Shown: one piece after another, positions 24,063 to 36,600 of the stretch
Numbering within the stretch: position 1 is the first letter of the stretch
How the letters are laid out: the number at the start of each line of letters is the position of its first letter
Origin: a virus
Reading direction: 5' to 3' (one strand)
Virus record (IMG/VR): IMGVR_UViG_3300033994_001756
Location: 1 to 64,000 of that record
Length of the DNA stretch: 64,000 bases
Made by a program: the position numbers and the translations under genes
The notes under the pieces: model-generated
Databases searched by the model: none
What the model saw: the letters and a program-made list of their open reading frames with translations, nothing else
Told to the model about the DNA's origin: nothing

Positions 24063-27000
24063 ATGTCTAATTGTAGTCCAAAGAAAGATCCAGTAGATGC
24101 TAAGTTAACGTTTACATACCCACAGTGCCCTGCACCACAAGAAGGTCCAGCAGCTCAGATTACCATAGAATTTCCTTATATTGAGAAATATTGGTATGAA
24201 GTAAGACCTCCTAGCTTAGCAAATAAAACCATACGGAATGGAAGCAAACAGGAAAAACTTCGTCGCACTGTAATTCAAGTACCTGCTGTTGATGCAGAGA
24301 ATTCAGATGGTGACAATGTAAACTTTGTTGATCAAGTATTTTATCAGCCAGAGTATGAGATTACTGGTTCTGGTGATAATATCAAAAGTAAGCCAGTCTA
24401 TGAAAGATTCTGCAAGGCAGATAAAGTATATGATGAGCAATACTTCTATCATATCTTTGAGTGGCCACTAACACATACTCTCCCTGCACGTCCAGTGGGA
24501 GGTATTACTGTAACTACTCCCCCACCACCTCCACCAGGATCTGAAGGGGGAGCTGAAAGTTGCCCAATCTATGCAGTATCCAGTACAAGTGTTAGCGGTA
24601 CATTTACACTTAATAGAGTAGACAGTCAAGTAATTGGCCTACCTGAGGGTAGCGTTGCTTACCATGGAGGTACACTCGATAATAAGATATTCTTCTACTA
24701 TGAGAATACCTCCAATAAAGATATGATTGCTGTTGGTGATGTCATCAATGGATGGACAGTCAACAAAGTAGTCAACTATAACTCTGAGCACCTTAACGAA
24801 AAATCTTTGAGGACTACAGAATCTGTTAGAAGAAGAGTTTCTAAGTTTTCTGAGAGAAACAAGACTCCTGGGTTTATCTTCATCAACAAGAATGATGGAG
24901 CAGAGGATAGAATTATCAACCTTGGGGACTTAGTGACTGGCTACGGTATTCAGAAGGATACTTATGTAGATAGTATCCAGGGGCTTAAGATCTTTCTTAC
25001 TAAACCCTTAAAGTACAAGAGCAAGCAAAAAGTTAGAAACGTTAAATTCACCAATACTGGTCTAGCAAACAACATCTCAAACCAGATTCTTTGCTATGCT
25101 GAGATTAGTGGCGGTAGTGCTCCCTTTGTGAAGGACCAGTACTATTCAAAAGCAACCCCCTCAACTCCCCAGTATACAAGCACTGTTTACCATGTTTTTG
25201 ACAATAAAAAGAACAAAGACATACAATTGACCACAACTAAAGATATTAAAGTACAAGTTATTAATAAAAACGATGAAGGTGGTTCAAATGACAGTGAAAG
25301 TAGAAAATATTACCTAGTTACCTTTTTAGATAATACCACAATTACTTCTAAAAATGATATTCAAATTTCTATTACAGATGATCAAAGTGCATCTGGAGCA
25401 GAAAACTCATTTGTGTTTGTATCCAAAGTTGAAGTTGTAAACACTAAAAGCTTTAAAGTATGGTTTAAAACTAACGATAATAAAATCAATACATATGTTC
25501 GTGGGTGGTCTGTCACCAGAGTTCAAGGTCAAGCACTGATTCCAGTCAACAGAATTCAAGTTATTGCTGGTAGAGGTATCACAGACAGGTCTGCAGTCTG
25601 TGGTGTTTATGTTAGTAACGATAAAAAGTTCTATACTTATACTCCTCTATTCTATTCTAGAGATGGATTCTGCGAATCTACTTACCTAGAAGATGATTTA
25701 GGCAAGTTTGCACTTGGCAATGTCATTCTAAATGATGGGTCTACCTACATTCAACAGCAGTTTTTATGTGCTTCACCTGCAACTGACACTGCATATCAAA
25801 TAAACAACGTATTTTGGACATATTTCAACAGACCTGCAGAGATTAATGAGTTAAAAACTTGGATAGATCGTCTAGCTTCCTCTGATTTTCTTACTATTCA
25901 AACCAAAATTGTTGAATCTGAAAAACTTAACCTTGGTGGAAAGACTGTATTGGCAGTCAAAGACTCTGAATGTGATAGTAATATCACACCAGACTACTCA
26001 AAAGTCTATTATCCACATAGTGAATTCAATACTTTTAATGAATATATTGCCCCAATACAGAATGATACTGCATATGACCCATGTATTGATACAAAAACAC
26101 CTAAAAGTTACAGCAAAGAAGAGTTAGATAGTATCGTCACTACAAATCTAGGAGGCAGTTTTAACTTCTCTAGCATTAATTTGCCTGAAGAGATGTATAA
26201 ACAAGTGATTTCAAATGAAAATTCTCTTCAAAATACACTTTTGAAAGCTATTTCTGCTATTGGTGCTTCAGTTCCCAAGCAAACTACCATTCCAAATCTA
26301 CCTCCATTGATTGAAGGTGAGAATAAATCCAGTCAAGTGTTTAAAACTGAGGGTGCTTATCGTATTCCACCAAGATTTAAGTCACTTGAATACATCATTG
26401 AAGACTTTAGTTTCGTCAGTGATTCAAGTTTGTTGCCAGATTCAGATGAAAACAATATTGAAATTCAAATTAAGTCTATTCCAAGATGGACTGGAACTGT
26501 AAGTCCAGCAAGTGGAGCTGGATGGCAAGCAAATGTCAATACTACAAATGGATTCATTTCTACAGTAACTATTTCTGCAGTACCTTTCCCCGCTCCACCA
26601 TTAGGTGGAAGTACTACATCATGGGCAACTGGACCCGCACCTACCACATTCTGGCATGGGGATGATACTAACTATCAAGTTACATTTAAAAAGATCTTAA
26701 ACTTCCGAGTTAATGAGGTCAGCGAAAATATTTCCAATGCAGTAAAGAATAAAGGTAATCCATATATGGATGAACCTCCATATGCAAAACTAACCCAGGA
26801 ACTAAAAACAACTGATACTACCATTATAGTTGATAGCACAAGTCAATTTATTTCTGCAGGCTATTTAATTATTCCAAAATTTATTGTCAAAAAAGAAATA
26901 AACCCAGAAACTAGAAATGAGACCTTACATCATTACTACCTAGGTGAAGAGATTATCTACTATAAAGATAAAACTGAAACAGAGTTCTTACAATGCACAC

Positions 27001-27314
27001 GAGAAATGTTCGATACCACATCTTCTTTTGTGAAAACTGCAAACTCTGGAGATATTGAAACTGATGTAACCTATATAATTAAGACACTTGGATCTGTGAA
27101 TTGGAAAGATTATGGTGCTCCAGATGGCTATAAAGTTGGAACTATTTTTACTGCCACATCTGATGGTTCTGGAGCTGTAGAAAGTGGTGAAGTGTACTTG
27201 TTTGAAAGTACAATGACCCCATTTGAAAATAGTAACTATTCTTACCATAGTTACGAAAAGAATAATTATCTGTCTCAATTCTGGCCAATCTCAATTCAAA
27301 ATAAAAACGTATGA
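24063..27314 (+). CDS. large virion structural protein (baseplate/tail associated)
   Basis: 1083 aa before PAAR gene; EEIIYY..KT...F..CTR repeat also in gp7. Confidence 0.65.
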   Translation: MSNCSPKKDPVDAKLTFTYPQCPAPQEGPAAQITIEFPYIEKYWYEVRPPSLANKTIRNGSKQEKLRRTVIQVPAVDAENSDGDNVNFVDQVFYQPEYEITGSGDNIKSKPVYERFCKADKVYDEQYFYHIFEWPLTHTLPARPVGGITVTTPPPPPPGSEGGAESCPIYAVSSTSVSGTFTLNRVDSQVIGLPEGSVAYHGGTLDNKIFFYYENTSNKDMIAVGDVINGWTVNKVVNYNSEHLNEKSLRTTESVRRRVSKFSERNKTPGFIFINKNDGAEDRIINLGDLVTGYGIQKDTYVDSIQGLKIFLTKPLKYKSKQKVRNVKFTNTGLANNISNQILCYAEISGGSAPFVKDQYYSKATPSTPQYTSTVYHVFDNKKNKDIQLTTTKDIKVQVINKNDEGGSNDSESRKYYLVTFLDNTTITSKNDIQISITDDQSASGAENSFVFVSKVEVVNTKSFKVWFKTNDNKINTYVRGWSVTRVQGQALIPVNRIQVIAGRGITDRSAVCGVYVSNDKKFYTYTPLFYSRDGFCESTYLEDDLGKFALGNVILNDGSTYIQQQFLCASPATDTAYQINNVFWTYFNRPAEINELKTWIDRLASSDFLTIQTKIVESEKLNLGGKTVLAVKDSECDSNITPDYSKVYYPHSEFNTFNEYIAPIQNDTAYDPCIDTKTPKSYSKEELDSIVTTNLGGSFNFSSINLPEEMYKQVISNENSLQNTLLKAISAIGASVPKQTTIPNLPPLIEGENKSSQVFKTEGAYRIPPRFKSLEYIIEDFSFVSDSSLLPDSDENNIEIQIKSIPRWTGTVSPASGAGWQANVNTTNGFISTVTISAVPFPAPPLGGSTTSWATGPAPTTFWHGDDTNYQVTFKKILNFRVNEVSENISNAVKNKGNPYMDEPPYAKLTQELKTTDTTIIVDSTSQFISAGYLIIPKFIVKKEINPETRNETLHHYYLGEEIIYYKDKTETEFLQCTREMFDTTSSFVKTANSGDIETDVTYIIKTLGSVNWKDYGAPDGYKVGTIFTATSDGSGAVESGEVYLFESTMTPFENSNYSYHSYEKNNYLSQFWPISIQNKNV

Positions 27315-27634
27315 CAAGACCCATAGCAGGACTTGGAAATCCAGATTCTATTTCATTTAGACCCTGTTGCGTTTACCCTCCCAATGCAGTGATACCTACT
27401 GTATCAACTGTATTTGCAAATGGTCGCCCCAGAAGCACAGGAGGGGACGTTCTGACTCCTGCACCAGGCTTCCCAGTATGCCCTGATACTACATGCACAC
27501 CTATTGCTAGGGTTATCATTGCTCCTAGTAAGGTTTTTGTGAATGGTCGGCCATCCGCACATGTGGGGGACTTGACAAATACCGTTTCTCCACGTACAAT
27601 ACTACCTGTACCCACCAACGTTTTCGTGAACTAA
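27311..27634 (+). CDS. PAAR spike-tip protein (gp5.4-like)
   Basis: STVFANGRP, SKVFVNGRPSAHVGD, NVFVN. Confidence 0.85.
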   Translation: MTRPIAGLGNPDSISFRPCCVYPPNAVIPTVSTVFANGRPRSTGGDVLTPAPGFPVCPDTTCTPIARVIIAPSKVFVNGRPSAHVGDLTNTVSPRTILPVPTNVFVN

Positions 27635-27635
27635 C

Positions 27636-27779
27636 ATGGCAAAAGCACCTAGTTTCAATAAGTCTGGTTATACTCCAGGAAAACCTAAAATGACCCGTCA
27701 GGGACAATCAAAAAATACTCGCCTTTCTGCTTCAAGTCGCAATGGACGCAAGAAAGCCTACCGAGGACAAGGACGATAA
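27636..27779 (+). CDS. small basic protein (47 aa)
   Basis: MAKAPSFNK...PKMTRQG...KAYRGQGR; not in ORF track. Confidence 0.7.
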   Translation: MAKAPSFNKSGYTPGKPKMTRQGQSKNTRLSASSRNGRKKAYRGQGR

Positions 27780-27785
27780 TAGTTT

Positions 27786-27811
27786 AGGGGGTCATTTGAC
27801 CCCCTTTTTTT
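27786..27811 (+). terminator. rho-independent terminator
   Basis: GGGGGTCA-tt-TGACCCC stem then T run. Confidence 0.8.
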
Positions 27812-27814
27812 ATT

Positions 27815-27822
27815 CATAAATA
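27815..27822 (+). promoter_or_regulatory. late promoter
   Basis: CATAAATA. Confidence 0.65.
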
Positions 27823-27883
27823 TTACCGAAGGGATAGCAACCCCTTTAAAAGTTCTGTTAGACCCATTTTTTGGAGAAGACAG

Positions 27884-28039
27884 ATGGCGATCCACCCAAA
27901 TCCCGATAGGGATACCACATATATGAAGCAAATGTGGGGAACTACAAAATTAATTACAGATTATGCTTCGTTACCAATAAAAAAGAAGAAAATCTATTCC
28001 GTAGATTACTGTGAATACTTTGAAGATGCATCTAAATAG
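27884..28039 (+). CDS. small hypothetical protein (51 aa)
   Basis: MAIHPNPDRD...MWGTTKLITDY; SD GGAG. Confidence 0.6.
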   Translation: MAIHPNPDRDTTYMKQMWGTTKLITDYASLPIKKKKIYSVDYCEYFEDASK

Positions 28040-28064
28040 TTTATAATTACAGTATTTTATTTAA

Positions 28065-28481
28065 ATGTCAACTGTTTCGCAAGAATTAGGCAAAATTTCT
28101 AGGTCATTTAAGGACATTAGTTTAAATTTTGGACTAAATCCTGTGACTAAGGACATCGTAGTATTAAAAAATGAAGAAGCAATTAAACAGTCTGTTAAAA
28201 ATTTAGTTTTAACTAAATTAGGTGAAAGACTATTCAACCCTCTGATTGGAACTGATACTACAAGTTATTTGTTTGAATTAACTAGTACATTTTCAGCTAA
28301 TTCATTAATTGAAGAAATTGAAAATGTTCTTAATATCTATGAATCTAGAATTACATTAAACAATATTACAGTTAATGTTGAAGACGATTCTAATGAATTT
28401 GAAGTAATAATAGATTATTTTATTGTTGGATTACCTCCTATAGTACAAACCGTAGATTTTATCCTCGTAAGAGAAAGTTAA
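28065..28481 (+). CDS. gp25: baseplate wedge subunit gp25
   Basis: FKDISL.F..NP...D, AIKQSVKNLVLT..GERLFNP..G. Confidence 0.9.
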   Translation: MSTVSQELGKISRSFKDISLNFGLNPVTKDIVVLKNEEAIKQSVKNLVLTKLGERLFNPLIGTDTTSYLFELTSTFSANSLIEEIENVLNIYESRITLNNITVNVEDDSNEFEVIIDYFIVGLPPIVQTVDFILVRES

Positions 28482-28484
28482 TAA

Positions 28485-30653
28485 ATGGAACTACCTACTA
28501 TCTCTGCTTTAGAGTTTAATCAAATCAGAGAATCCATTAAAAATTTCATCAAAAGTAAAACTGATTTCCAGGATTACGATTTTGAAGGATCTAACTTATC
28601 CATGCTAGTGGATATTTTAGCATACAATACCATGTATTCGTCATATAACATCAATATGGCGGCCAATGAACTTAACCTGGATACTGCAGTTCTTCGTGAC
28701 AATGTAGTTTCACATGCAAAAAGACTAGGATATACTCCAACTTCATATACTTCAGCAAAAGTAAATTATAATATCACTGTAAATAATGTAGGCAACTATC
28801 AATCCGTAAATATTGGCGTTGGTCCTATATTTTCTACTACTCAAAATAACAAAGTATATACATTTTTGCTTAGAAATGCACTTAGTGTAAATACTCAAGG
28901 AAATTCTTCAGTAACTTTTGAAAATGTAGAGTTAGTTGAAGGATCAGAATTCAGTATTAGGTATACTGTAAACGATGCCAATGAAAATCAAAGATTTTTT
29001 GTTCCAAATAATTTTGTAGATGCAGATTCTATTAAAGTTTTTATAATTTCAGATCCTTCAACCAATTTAGAAGTTGAGTATGAAAGAAAACTTGGTGTTG
29101 TAGGTGTAACTGCATCGGATAGAGTATTTTTTGTCGAAGAGGTTCAAGATCAAAAATATGAAATTATCTTTGGAGATAATATAATTGGTAGAAAACTACA
29201 GAATGGAGAAATAGTTATAATAAGGTATATTGTATCAAGTGGGTCAGATGCAAATCAAATTGCAACATCACAGTTAAAGTTTATTGGTACTGTAACTGGA
29301 GATTCAACAAATATTTCAGGAACAAATGTTTCCACTACTCCGTTAAGTGCAAAAACTGATGGTGGTTCTGAATTTGAATCAATCAAGTCAATAAAATATA
29401 GAGCCCCTAGGTACTATGCATCTCAGCAAAGGGCAGTAGTAAATAGTGACTATGAAAGTATTTTACAAAATATTTACACTAATGCAGATTTAATTCGAGT
29501 TGTTGGTGGAGAAACTAAATCTCCTCCCGAATTTGGTAAAGTTTTTATTTCAATAAAGCCAAAAATTGGATCTACAATTTCAGTAGTAGAAAAAACTAAA
29601 ATTACTAATGAATTAAAGAAATATGCAGTAGGATCTATAACTCCAGTCATAGAAGATGCTATTCCATTTTTTATTGATTTATACATCGATGTTATTTACA
29701 ACCAAAGTAAAACTAATAAAGATAAATTAACTCTAATAAATTTAACTAGACAAATTATATCAGACTATAATTTGGATGATGAGTTTAAAAATTTCAACGG
29801 GCTATTTTCATCATCTAAATTAATTTGTCTGATCAGAGATATTGAACCCGCTGTGAAATTTGTTGTTGTAAAATCAATATTTAAAAGAATTGTTCAATTA
29901 TTCGAGAATGTACGCTATAAGTACAAATTAAATTTTTATACTAAACTAAAGAATAATATTGAAACTAAGTATACTTTAATTAGTGAGCCATTTTGTATTA
30001 AGGGGTATAATGCTCCACTATTTTTAGTGGCATTTTCCAATAACTTTGCTGGGTGTGAAAGAGACGGAACAATTTACTTAATGACTGAAAATGAAAGAGT
30101 TATAGCATCTGTAGGATTTATAAATTATGAAACTGGAATGGTAGAATTTACTTTAACTGCATGTCAGACCTCTCCGATAAATATCTATGTTATTCCAGAC
30201 AATCCAGATATAACAACAGGAGCTGACACATATCCAGTAATTACTCCAATTGAAGTAGACTATATTGATATCGGATCTTCTAGTGGATCTCAAACTACAA
30301 ATATCCAGCCATTACCGACTCCAGGTACATTAGTTCCAGCTCCAAAACCAATTGGAGATCCATTAGGAATTCCTCCAGTTTCTAACATTCCAGGAACTAC
30401 AGTAGGTAACCCAGATGGTAGTGTTACCACAGTTAATCCTGATGGAACTGCAATAACATCAAATCCAGATGGTAGCCAAACTATAGAACAGCCAACAAAT
30501 CCAGTAGATCCTTGCATTGCTCTATATGATAAAATTAAGGCTCAAAACTATATGGACAATGATACTAAGCAAAAGCTAAATGAATATGGTTGTCCCCCAC
30601 CAGATGAAACTATTGAAGACTTCAAACCAGTTACCCCAGATATCTGCTCATGA
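28485..30653 (+). CDS. gp6: baseplate wedge subunit gp6
   Basis: FQDYDFEGSNLS.L.DILAYNT, RAV...DY, PPEFGKVFI. Confidence 0.92.
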   Translation: MELPTISALEFNQIRESIKNFIKSKTDFQDYDFEGSNLSMLVDILAYNTMYSSYNINMAANELNLDTAVLRDNVVSHAKRLGYTPTSYTSAKVNYNITVNNVGNYQSVNIGVGPIFSTTQNNKVYTFLLRNALSVNTQGNSSVTFENVELVEGSEFSIRYTVNDANENQRFFVPNNFVDADSIKVFIISDPSTNLEVEYERKLGVVGVTASDRVFFVEEVQDQKYEIIFGDNIIGRKLQNGEIVIIRYIVSSGSDANQIATSQLKFIGTVTGDSTNISGTNVSTTPLSAKTDGGSEFESIKSIKYRAPRYYASQQRAVVNSDYESILQNIYTNADLIRVVGGETKSPPEFGKVFISIKPKIGSTISVVEKTKITNELKKYAVGSITPVIEDAIPFFIDLYIDVIYNQSKTNKDKLTLINLTRQIISDYNLDDEFKNFNGLFSSSKLICLIRDIEPAVKFVVVKSIFKRIVQLFENVRYKYKLNFYTKLKNNIETKYTLISEPFCIKGYNAPLFLVAFSNNFAGCERDGTIYLMTENERVIASVGFINYETGMVEFTLTACQTSPINIYVIPDNPDITTGADTYPVITPIEVDYIDIGSSSGSQTTNIQPLPTPGTLVPAPKPIGDPLGIPPVSNIPGTTVGNPDGSVTTVNPDGTAITSNPDGSQTIEQPTNPVDPCIALYDKIKAQNYMDNDTKQKLNEYGCPPPDETIEDFKPVTPDICS

Positions 30654-33600
30654 ACAATCTAAAGGAAAAGATTATCAATATTTCTTCACTGATTGAAAAG
30701 CAGTTACCGAACTTTGTTTCTGAAAGCAACCCAAAGTTTATTTCATTTTTAAATTCATATTATGAATCTCAGGAAACTAAGTATAGCTCATTAGATTTAG
30801 TTAATAACTTAATTGATTATTATAATATCGGTAGTTATACTATTAATAGTTTAGTACAACATACCAATTTACAGTCTTCTATAACAAATAATTCTAACAC
30901 TATTACTGTAGTATCAACTAATGGATTTCCAGATAAAAATGGATATGTTAGCATTGATGGGGAGATAATTTTCTACAGAGAAAAAACCCCAACACAATTT
31001 TTAAATTGTGTTCGTGGGACTTCTGCGTTTGTATTTGAAAGTATTCCATATAGTCAAGTAGTATATAAACAGGGTGCAGTAGCATCTTCTCATGAAACAT
31101 CTTCTCAAGTTGTTAATATTGCATATTACTTTACTCAAGAATTCTTAAAGAGAATAAAGTCTGAAATTTCTCCTAACTTACCAGAAGTATTATCAAAAGA
31201 CTTAAATTTAATTACGTTTTTAAAAAATATTAAATCATTCTACTCATCAAAGGGTAGCGAAGAATCTCATAAAATTTTATTCCGAATTTTATTTAATGAT
31301 AAAAAGGTAAAAGTCCGTTTGACTCCTGGAGGTTCAGGTGCAGTTATTAATATCTTAAATTATACCGGAAAAATTGATACATTTAATCTAGTTTCAGGTG
31401 GAAGTAATTATTACTATGAACTGAACAATGGAACTCTAGTATCTGAACCATTAATTGAAATTATTGGTTCTGGTACAGGCAAAAAACTTCCAGGAGAGGT
31501 AGTTGTTCCAACTTCAGCACAAATGAAAGTAACTCAGATGTCAGCTGGGGGTGTCATCCAACAAGTTTCAGTTGTTAATGAAGGAGCAAATTATGTTGGT
31601 CCAATTACAGCAAAAGTAAGACCTAGAACCTTTATTCAAGACCAAAAAATTTATAGTGTAGATGCTAATGGTGTAACTAATGGAACTGCAAAGGTAGATA
31701 CGTGGGATTCAGGAACAAGTGAATTAATTTTATATGATGTAGTTGGATACTTTAGAGTTGATGATAAAATTATTGGTGAAGGAGGAGAATCTCCAAGAGG
31801 AATTATTTCAAAGGCATATCCAGTAACTGATATCAATAGAGAGGGAAACCCTGCAATTGAAATTATTTCCACTGATCCAACTATAGAATACCCAAAAAAT
31901 TATGTATTTAGACCATCTTCTGCAGTATTCTATGAAAAAATAGCTATACGCTGTGAATTGTTACCTAGTTATAGTTCGGTATCAAATTTAGACAACGTAA
32001 AGTTAATTGAATTAGTGCAAGCTAAAGATTCTGCTAATAATATCCCAGGAACATCTTTAGTTGTATCCGAAATTTCAAAGGTAAGTAATACACTATATGA
32101 GTTTGAACTACAAAAATCATTAAACTATAAAGATTTATACATTCCATCTTCCACTATAGTTACATCTACAGTATCTAATATTACATCATCATCAAATTCT
32201 ACTATTACAGTAGCATCAACTTTTAACTTCCCCACAACAAATGGAAAGTTATTTGTAAATAATGCAGTCATAAATTATCAATCTAAAACTAATACTCAAT
32301 TTTTAAATTGTACTCTAGTTGGAACTGGATCTGTTAATGTTACTACGAATAATGTTGTTCATCTATATGGAAGAAACTGTTTAACATCTGGAAATCTTAC
32401 ATATTTTATAAAAGGTTATATTGATGGGGATAGAAATTCTACTCCCATTCTATTCCGACTACATGCATTGCCATCAGCTCCAATAATTGAAAACGGAGGA
32501 GCATTATACACTAAAAATGTTTTTGAACTAGAATCGCCTACATTAAAATTAAATAAAACTATATTAAATGCAAAACAATATAGTGGCGGTGAAATTGATG
32601 AAGTAATTATAGAAAATCCTGGAAATAACTATAAAGTAAATGATAAACTAATTGTAAATAATGCAGGAAATCTAGGAAGTGGCTTTTCTGCACAAATATC
32701 TAGTATAGTAGGTAAGCAATTAACTGCTATTAATTTTGATGTAATTGATGAGCAAAAGTGCATCATATTTACAACTAATCAGGATCATGATTTAGAAGTT
32801 GGTAATAAATTAAAATTTAGTAATATCTTAGGTAATCAAGTAATTTTTAATGTACTATCTCGTACTAAATTTGCAATAGAAAATACTTTAAATTTAACTA
32901 CTTTAAATTTGACTAATCTAACTTATATTACAAACTCACTTACTGCATCTGGCCCTATTAGTGCTATCAATATTTCAAATTATGGGAAAAATTATTCCAA
33001 ATTACCAGAGGTGATTGGATTTAACTCCCAAAATGGTGCGGGAGCACTCATTCAATTAAATTCATCAAAAGTAGGTAAGCTTACAAAATTTACATATGAT
33101 TCAGTTGGAGATGAATTAATTGGCAATCGAAATACTGAATATAAAATAAAAATTCCTAATAGTGCAAAAATTGTTAATAATTTTGAAGTAAATTCAATTC
33201 AAGTTTTAACTGGAGGAAATAATTATAATTCTACACTAGATAAAATACTAGTGAATGGTGTGGTAGATCCTGGATATGAATTTCGTATAGTAGCTGAATC
33301 TGGCATTATAAAGGAAATCATTGTACTAAAAAGTAAATATAATTTAAATTCTATCCCTGCGATTACCATTCAAAGTCAGTTTGGTTCGGGTGCGACTTTT
33401 CGTGCGGTGTTAAAAAGAAAGCAAATTAAACAAGGCGATATTTTAACATTCGGAACTTCCACTTCTTCTGTAAAATGTGAGGTTGTAAGTTTTGATCCTT
33501 TAACATCTACTCTAGAATATTATGTAATATCTGGAAATATTTTATCCGGAGACGTAATTTATGATTCTCTTGGTTTTGCATATGGAAAAATTCAAAATAT

Positions 33601-36600
33601 AAACAAAGCATCAGTTTACTGCAAGAGATCTCCTTATATTAGATATTCTCCAAAATTTTTAGATAATCTTGGATTTATTAGTGATGCAAGTCAAAAAATT
33701 ATCAATAGTGACTATATTCAAGATTGGTCATATACTATAGCATCTACTAGAAATACATCAGAGTGGAAAAATCAAGTACTCAATAATACCCATGTATCTG
33801 GGTACAAAGTATTTGGCAGACATAAAATTGAAAATAAAAAGGAATTTTTTGAAGCCAAAGAAGAAGTATTTAATAGCTCAGTTATTTTTAAGTCTACATT
33901 AAGTAACTTAGCTAAATTAAATTTAGATTTATCAAAGTCAATTTTACAAAAAATTGCTATAACAGATGTATCTACATTTGCAGTATCTGATGTCATTTAC
34001 GGTAGCTTTAGTGAGTCATATGGAATTATTACAGCAATAAATGAAAATTACATTACAATCAATACAGTAAGTGATACTCAATTTCAATTTGGTGAATATG
34101 TATTCAAGGTGCCTGTTGAGTTCATTCTTGAAAATAGTAATACTACCAAATATGGTATGTCTTTTTATAATGGAATTTTTCAAGAACCATTCCAATCATA
34201 TTATTTAACTCAAACTGATTACATCCCAAGATTTTTGGTATCGTCTGCTGATGCTATAGTATTGCAACAACTACAAACCCCATTTGAAGTTGTAGATACT
34301 ACTTTAATTGGAAATCAAGTAACACTTACTAAAAATTTAACCCCAATAGTTCCTACATCTAAAGAACAACTTATAGTTTCAATTGACGGTGTTGTTCAAT
34401 CACAATCATCATATACGCTTTCCCAAAATATTTTAAACTTTAATTCAGTCACAATAACACCAGAAGATAATTTGATTGTACTATATCATCCAAAATTAAA
34501 ATCACTAACATTTACTGGTTCTGGTGTAAATTATACAATTAATTACACTCCCACATCTACATCTAATTTGATGATATTTGCCAATGGCGTATATCAAACT
34601 CACTTAGCACCAATCTCAAACTATTCATCAAATACTAATCAATTAACATTTAGTAGTTCAATTGTTGACCCAACAACAAATTTAGTAGGTTGGTATATTG
34701 ATGAAACTGTAACCTGTTCTATTGTAGATATTGGAAATATTAATAGTAGAAGAATTATTGATCTCAAAGCAGTAGACCTTCAAAAATTAACTGAATATCT
34801 TGAAACTAATTCAGTTAAGTCTCCTAAGTCTTCATATGAAATAACTAAAGATTTACTTGAAGGTACTGTATACACTGACAATATAGACACAGTATATGGA
34901 TTTGATACTAAATTTATGTATTCTAGTCCACAATACTCATCAAGCTATGTTGAAGTTTTAGATCCAATTATATTTAATGGCACTTCATATACATACACAT
35001 TGAAGTATATGGATGGAAATACTTATACCCCATTCAATGGAAAAAGTAATCTAATAGTTAACATAGGTGGAAATGTTTTAGATCCTAAAAAATATACTAT
35101 TACTGGCTCAAATATAACATTTGAAAATTTATACATCGGAACAAGTAGTTGCACAATAATTGATTTTCGTAGTAATTTTGTTGCAAATACACCCTCCAAC
35201 AGCAAAGGTTTAATTCTAGATGATCTAAATGTAGTTCAAAATGGAAGTAGAAAAACTTTTAATTTATCTGATAGAGGTGTGCCTCAATATGTTAGACATA
35301 CTGCAGATATATTTGCAGTAAAAAATCAAACGTTGTTGGTTCCTAATTCGCAGTCACAAACAGTATCCGCAAATAAAATTACATTACAACAAGCACCAGT
35401 TGCATCTGATATTACACAGTTATTCTATTTTAATAGGCAATTAAGTCCAGCAAAAACAAAGAATGTGGTTTTGGATACATGGCAATGCATGAATGGGGTA
35501 CAAAAAACTTGGCCATTAACACGAAATGGAATTTTATTTGCACCGATAAATGTCAATAATTTACTTGTCTGCAGAAACGGAGTATTTCAACTTCCTGGTG
35601 TAGATTATACTGTTTCGGGTGCTTATGTAACCTTTGATGAAGCTCCTGAAATTATAGAAGATATTGTAATCATATATTCATATAATAATATAAATCAAAA
35701 CAGTTATATCACTAGTTTTACTGCAATTGCTCAAGTAAGTACTGTAAACTTAGGTTTGACTCCTCCAAATGTATATGATTTACTAGTTTCCAGAAATGGA
35801 GTTATTCAAAATCCTACTGAAGATTTTACTGTATCTGGAAGTACTTTAACATTTACTTCACCTGTTCAAGCACTTGAAAGTGTGTTTATAGTATATGCTC
35901 ATGCATCTGAAGAGATTGGCATTTCTAGTATTACTAATTCTACAATAATTCTATCAACTGCAATAACTTCTGGGCAAGAAGATGGTTTGGTGATTTATGT
36001 CAATGGTACTCCAAAATTTAATAATAAAGATTATACAATTTCCAATGGAAATACAGTAACTCTTCTTAATGGAGTTACTGTAGATCCTGGAACATTTCCG
36101 TTTGCTATAAAATATGTTACATCATTTATTGTAGATGAACTTGGAGATTGTCAAAATGGAACTAATCAAAAATTTAGATTATTCTATAATCAACAAAATT
36201 TAGTAGCTGCCGATGTAGCAAGTAATGCAGACATTTTAGTTTCAAAGAATGGAGTTATTTTATATCCTGGAGTTCAATATACAATAAACTCTGAAAGAGG
36301 TATGATAATATTTTCTACACCATTGAATTCTACAGATGTAGTGTTTATGATTAGAATGTATAATAATCAACTGATTACTTTATCTGGAACTGGGACACAA
36401 TATAATTTAAGTGATTCTATATTACCATCAGAAGAAAACCAGTTAGTTATCTTTGCAGCTAAGCAATGGTGTACTAAAGAAGCTAATGATTTTACATTAC
36501 AAACCATAAATACTATAAATTTAAGTAGTACTACTGCAGGTTCAAATTTATTTGCTATAAAATTTGATATATCATTTAAACTATTAGATCAAATTCATAC

